Of a stretch of 64,000 bases of DNA, positions 60,958 to 64,000 are shown one piece after another. Below the pieces are notes generated by a model. That model did no database searches and was not told the DNA's origin. It was given only the letters and a program-made list of their open reading frames with translations. The DNA lies in the IMG/VR virus record IMGVR_UViG_3300046517_002960, positions 126,217-190,216 of that record, one strand, 5' to 3'. The position numbers were made by a program, and so were the translations under genes. This DNA is from a virus. Within the stretch, counting starts at the first letter, position 1, and every line of letters begins with the position of its first letter.

Positions 60958-61370
60958 GCGACGGGTACGTGCTGACCGTCAAGGTGCCCAGCGAGCTGAT
61001 GGACCTGCTGCTGCAGACGGCGCGGCGCGACCTGCGCACTCCCGAGGACCAGGCGCTGTGGCTGATCCGCGACGGGCTGTTCCGGGCTGATCCCGGCCCG
61101 CTGGCACGCACCTCCCGGAAAGACCGGCTCCGCGCCGCCGGGCCGCTGACCGCCCAGCTGCGCGCCGCGTTCCGGCAGGCGGGGCAGCCCTCGCACCGCG
61201 CGGTCGCCCGGCAGGCGATCGCCCGGCAGCACCAGATCAGCCACACGACGCTCAGCGAGGTCATGCGGGGCACGCACTTCCCGTCCTGGCAGCTGGTGGA
61301 GGCGATCGCCGCCGGGCTGGGCACGGACCCGGACCGGTTCAGGTCCGCGTGGGAGCAGGCGCTGACATGA
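60954..61370 (+). CDS. DNA-binding regulator (RHH-like N-terminus plus XRE-like HTH)
   Basis: LTVKVPSELMDLL..; AGQPSHRAVAR..ISHTTLSEVMRG..PSW. Confidence 0.75.
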   Translation: MSDGYVLTVKVPSELMDLLLQTARRDLRTPEDQALWLIRDGLFRADPGPLARTSRKDRLRAAGPLTAQLRAAFRQAGQPSHRAVARQAIARQHQISHTTLSEVMRGTHFPSWQLVEAIAAGLGTDPDRFRSAWEQALT

Positions 61371-61939
61371 CGGCGCCCAGCTCGCTGCACCGCCAGCTGT
61401 CCGGTGCGATCACGGCGACGCAACTGGATGCGCCGTGGCTGGCGCTGCCGCCCGTCGATGCCGTCGCGTTCACCGCTGGGCGGGAGCTCGATCACGCCGG
61501 GGCGCAGCTGATCATGAGCACCTGCGACCGGATCGTGCCGCACGCCGGCCGGTACGTCACCGGGGGCGCCCGCGGCGGCGACGCGCTGATCGGCCACTAC
61601 CTGGCGGTCACCCGGCGGCAGGCCGAGCATGTCATCGTGCTGCCCGCCAACCGGTCCCAGGTCGACCCGTGGTGGGAGGGTTTCCTGGCCGTGCAGGGCG
61701 CTTGCGCCTTCCAGCCGCAGATCACCCTCATCGAGATGCCGGCCGGCACGGATTACGCGGACCGCAACGCCGAGCTGGTGAAACGAGGCGCCGTCCTGCA
61801 CGGGTTCCCGGCGTACACCGAGGACGACAGGCGGTCCCGCCGATCCGGGACCTGGCAGGCGATCCGGATGGCACGCCGGGCGCAGAAGATGGGCGAGTGG
61901 CACTGCACGGCGCTGCCCGGCCGGTGGGGGCGGGGATAA
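61367..61939 (+). CDS. SLOG-family (DprA/YspA-like) protein
   Basis: YVTGGARGGD, YADRNAELV, SGTWQAIRMA. Confidence 0.8.
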   Translation: MTAPSSLHRQLSGAITATQLDAPWLALPPVDAVAFTAGRELDHAGAQLIMSTCDRIVPHAGRYVTGGARGGDALIGHYLAVTRRQAEHVIVLPANRSQVDPWWEGFLAVQGACAFQPQITLIEMPAGTDYADRNAELVKRGAVLHGFPAYTEDDRRSRRSGTWQAIRMARRAQKMGEWHCTALPGRWGRG

Positions 61940-62136
61940 TGCACCGCTGCACGCTGTGCGGCTGGTACACCGAAGACCCCGCGGAGCCGGTAGCGCAGGC
62001 CCGCGCGGTCTGGCACACCTACCGCGACCACCCGCAGACCTGGCTGGAGCTGGCCGGCCCGAGGCCCCCGCTGGACCCGGACCCGGGCACGGTGCAGGGA
62101 TACACGCTGCTGGCCGCGCTGACGCCGACGAACTAG
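61939..62136 (+). CDS. C2H2-like Zn-finger protein
   Basis: CTLCG..H..DHP; TAATG coupling. Confidence 0.6.
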   Translation: MHRCTLCGWYTEDPAEPVAQARAVWHTYRDHPQTWLELAGPRPPLDPDPGTVQGYTLLAALTPTN

Positions 62137-62145
62137 GAGCAGCAC

Positions 62146-62307
62146 ATGCCGTACGACTCCCCGGAATGGCAGGCGGGCTGGCTGACCGGGTTCGCGCACG
62201 AGCGGGACGGCACGGTGACGCCGCGGCCGGCCGGGAAATCCTGCGCGTGGGTACGCGGCTACCTGGCCGGCCGCGAGCACTGCCGGAGGTCCCGTGAGAC
62301 GTCATGA
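62146..62307 (+). CDS. 53-aa protein with RMF-like WxxGW / WxxGY motifs
   Basis: AGGAG SD; PEWQAGWLTG..AWVRGYLAG. Confidence 0.6.
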   Translation: MPYDSPEWQAGWLTGFAHERDGTVTPRPAGKSCAWVRGYLAGREHCRRSRETS

Positions 62308-62486
62308 CCGCGAGGACACCGAGTACCGCACAGCTGCACCGGATCCGCTGGTGCGCGCTGCACGGGCACACCTGGCCGCCGCTGCGCGAAACCGCGCCGG
62401 GCGACGAGCACTGGTGCGGCTTCTGCGGCAGCCGCCGGGTGATCCGGGCAGACGGGACCGCCTGCTACGAAAGGGAATGGGACTGA
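62304..62486 (+). CDS. Small Zn-binding protein
   Basis: WCALHGH..WCGFC. Confidence 0.6.
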   Translation: MTARTPSTAQLHRIRWCALHGHTWPPLRETAPGDEHWCGFCGSRRVIRADGTACYEREWD

Positions 62487-62487
62487 C

Positions 62488-63489
62488 ATGGACGAGCTGA
62501 CCTGCCTGGAGCTGTGCACGGGCGGCGGCGGCCAGGCGCTGGGCCTGGAGCGGGCCGGGTTCACCCCGCTGTTCCTGGCGGAGATCGACCCGGACTGCTG
62601 TGCCACGCTGCGCGCCAACCGGCCGCACTGGCCGGTGGCCCAGGACGACATCACCCGGCTCGCCGCCGAGGCCGCGAAAGACCTGGCGCACGCGTATCCC
62701 GCGGACCTGGTAGCCGGGGGGCTGCCGTGCACCCCGCACAGCCGGGGCGGCCGTCAGCTCGGCATTGCGGATGAGCGGCACCTGTGGGACGCGGCACTGG
62801 CGATCATCGGCGAGGTGCTGCCCCGGGCGGTCATGCTCGAGACCTCGAACGCGATCCTGGCCACCCGGTTCGACAGCGAGCGCTGGCAGACGCTGACCCG
62901 GCTGCGCGCCCTGGGTTACCGGGAAACCTGGGAGGTCATCGACTGCAGCGAGTACGGCGTGCCGCAACGCCGCCGGCGGGCCGTGCTGATCGCGTTCTCC
63001 GAGCCCCCGGCTTTCCGGAACTTCATCTGGCCGCAGCCGGACCCGGGGGCGCCGCCCGCCGTGGGAGACACGCTGCTCCCGCTGGCCGCCGCGAACGGGT
63101 GGGCCGGCGCGGAAACCTGGGCGGCCCAGGCGCAGGGGCTCGCGCCCACCGTCGTCGGGGGCAGCACGAAGCACGGCGGCGCGGACCTCGGCGCGTCCCA
63201 GGGCAAAGCCGCGTGGCGGAAACTGGGCATCGACCCGATGGGGGTAGCGGACGGCGCTCCCGGCCCGGACGGCAAGTACCCGCGCGGGCGGGGCCTGACC
63301 GGGGACGCCGGGGAGACCGGGCTGATGCTGACGGCGGAGATGGCGGCGGCGCTGCAGGGGTTCCCGGCGGAGTGGGAGTTCGCCGGCGGCAAGACGAGTC
63401 AGTACAGGCAGATCGGCAACGCTTTCTGCCCGCCTGCCGCGGCTACGATCGGAACTGCGGTACGCGCCGCGCTGACCGGCGGAGAGTAA
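62488..63489 (+). CDS. C5-cytosine DNA methyltransferase
   Basis: ELCTGGGG (I), GGLPC (IV), VPQRRRR (VIII), QGFP (IX), YRQIGNA (X); motif VI reads ETS rather than ENV. Confidence 0.9.
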   Translation: MDELTCLELCTGGGGQALGLERAGFTPLFLAEIDPDCCATLRANRPHWPVAQDDITRLAAEAAKDLAHAYPADLVAGGLPCTPHSRGGRQLGIADERHLWDAALAIIGEVLPRAVMLETSNAILATRFDSERWQTLTRLRALGYRETWEVIDCSEYGVPQRRRRAVLIAFSEPPAFRNFIWPQPDPGAPPAVGDTLLPLAAANGWAGAETWAAQAQGLAPTVVGGSTKHGGADLGASQGKAAWRKLGIDPMGVADGAPGPDGKYPRGRGLTGDAGETGLMLTAEMAAALQGFPAEWEFAGGKTSQYRQIGNAFCPPAAATIGTAVRAALTGGE

Positions 63490-63590
63490 CGAGTACAGGA
63501 GACAGGCATGGGCTTCGGCAGGAAACGGCAGCAGGCCCCGGCACGGCAGCCGCACCCCAACCCGCTGACCGAGCTGCAGCAGGACCCATC

Positions 63591-63842
63591 ATGAACCTGA
63601 ACGAGATGCCGCTGGACAGCCCTGAGCACATCCGGCTGGCCTGGCACATGGTGACCGGCATGGACTGGCGGCGGCACAAGGCGGCAGCCGCGGGGGACCC
63701 GCCGGACCCGTTCCTGCCGGGAGAGCACGAGCTGGGCCAGGCGATCGAGCGCATCCAGGCCGCCGCGGCGCAGCACAACGTGGAACCGGCCAGCGCGTTC
63801 ACGACACCGAAGTGGCGAACAGGACAGGAACCGTTGTCATGA
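63591..63842 (+). CDS. Small helical protein with MPLDSPEHIRLAW motif
   Basis: Paralog of 37571..37804. Confidence 0.65.
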   Translation: MNLNEMPLDSPEHIRLAWHMVTGMDWRRHKAAAAGDPPDPFLPGEHELGQAIERIQAAAAQHNVEPASAFTTPKWRTGQEPLS

Positions 63843-64000
63843 CCAGCGGATACGAGGACCCGAGGGCGCACTACGCCGTCCAGGTGACAGACCTGCCGCC
63901 ATCCGAGATCCGCTGCAAGTGCGGTCAGTGGTTCCGCGAGGATGACGTCCTGGCTGCCATGAAGGCTCACATGGATGAGCTGAACGGGGAGGCGCCGTGA
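63839..64000 (+). CDS. Small Zn-finger protein
   Basis: IRCKCG..H; ATGA coupling. Confidence 0.55.
   Translation: MTSGYEDPRAHYAVQVTDLPPSEIRCKCGQWFREDDVLAAMKAHMDELNGEAP

Overview
A very GC-rich (roughly 70-75% by eye) actinobacterial tailed-phage or prophage segment. A minus-strand morphogenesis operon runs from about 58.7 kb to 1.5 kb: terminase small and large subunits, portal, prohead protease, HK97-type major capsid, small capsid-associated proteins, five glycosyltransferases plus deoxysugar enzymes, giant Ala/Thr-rich virion proteins (one with a PhoD domain), an SGNH esterase, a head-tail adaptor and a tail-terminator-like protein. It is interrupted by a mostly plus-strand RNA island (about 23-34 kb) with 41 recognisable tRNAs covering all 20 amino acids, an RNase P RNA, circularly permuted and armless tRNA-like elements, six tandem Y-RNA-like units and a Ro60/TROVE gene. 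The most striking signal is in terL, portal and one glycosyltransferase. Each is broken by a 7-8 nt insertion with the same grammar: take-off codon, TTA, then a matching or near-matching landing codon. A second glycosyltransferase has the in-frame 6-nt version. These were the only in-frame TTA codons I found in credible genes by manual scan, and no tRNA-Leu(UAA) is in the tRNA cluster. This points to a multi-gene, UUA-triggered translational bypassing switch controlling DNA packaging and virion glycosylation. All calls are by eye without database searches; RNA coordinates may be off by 1-3 nt.
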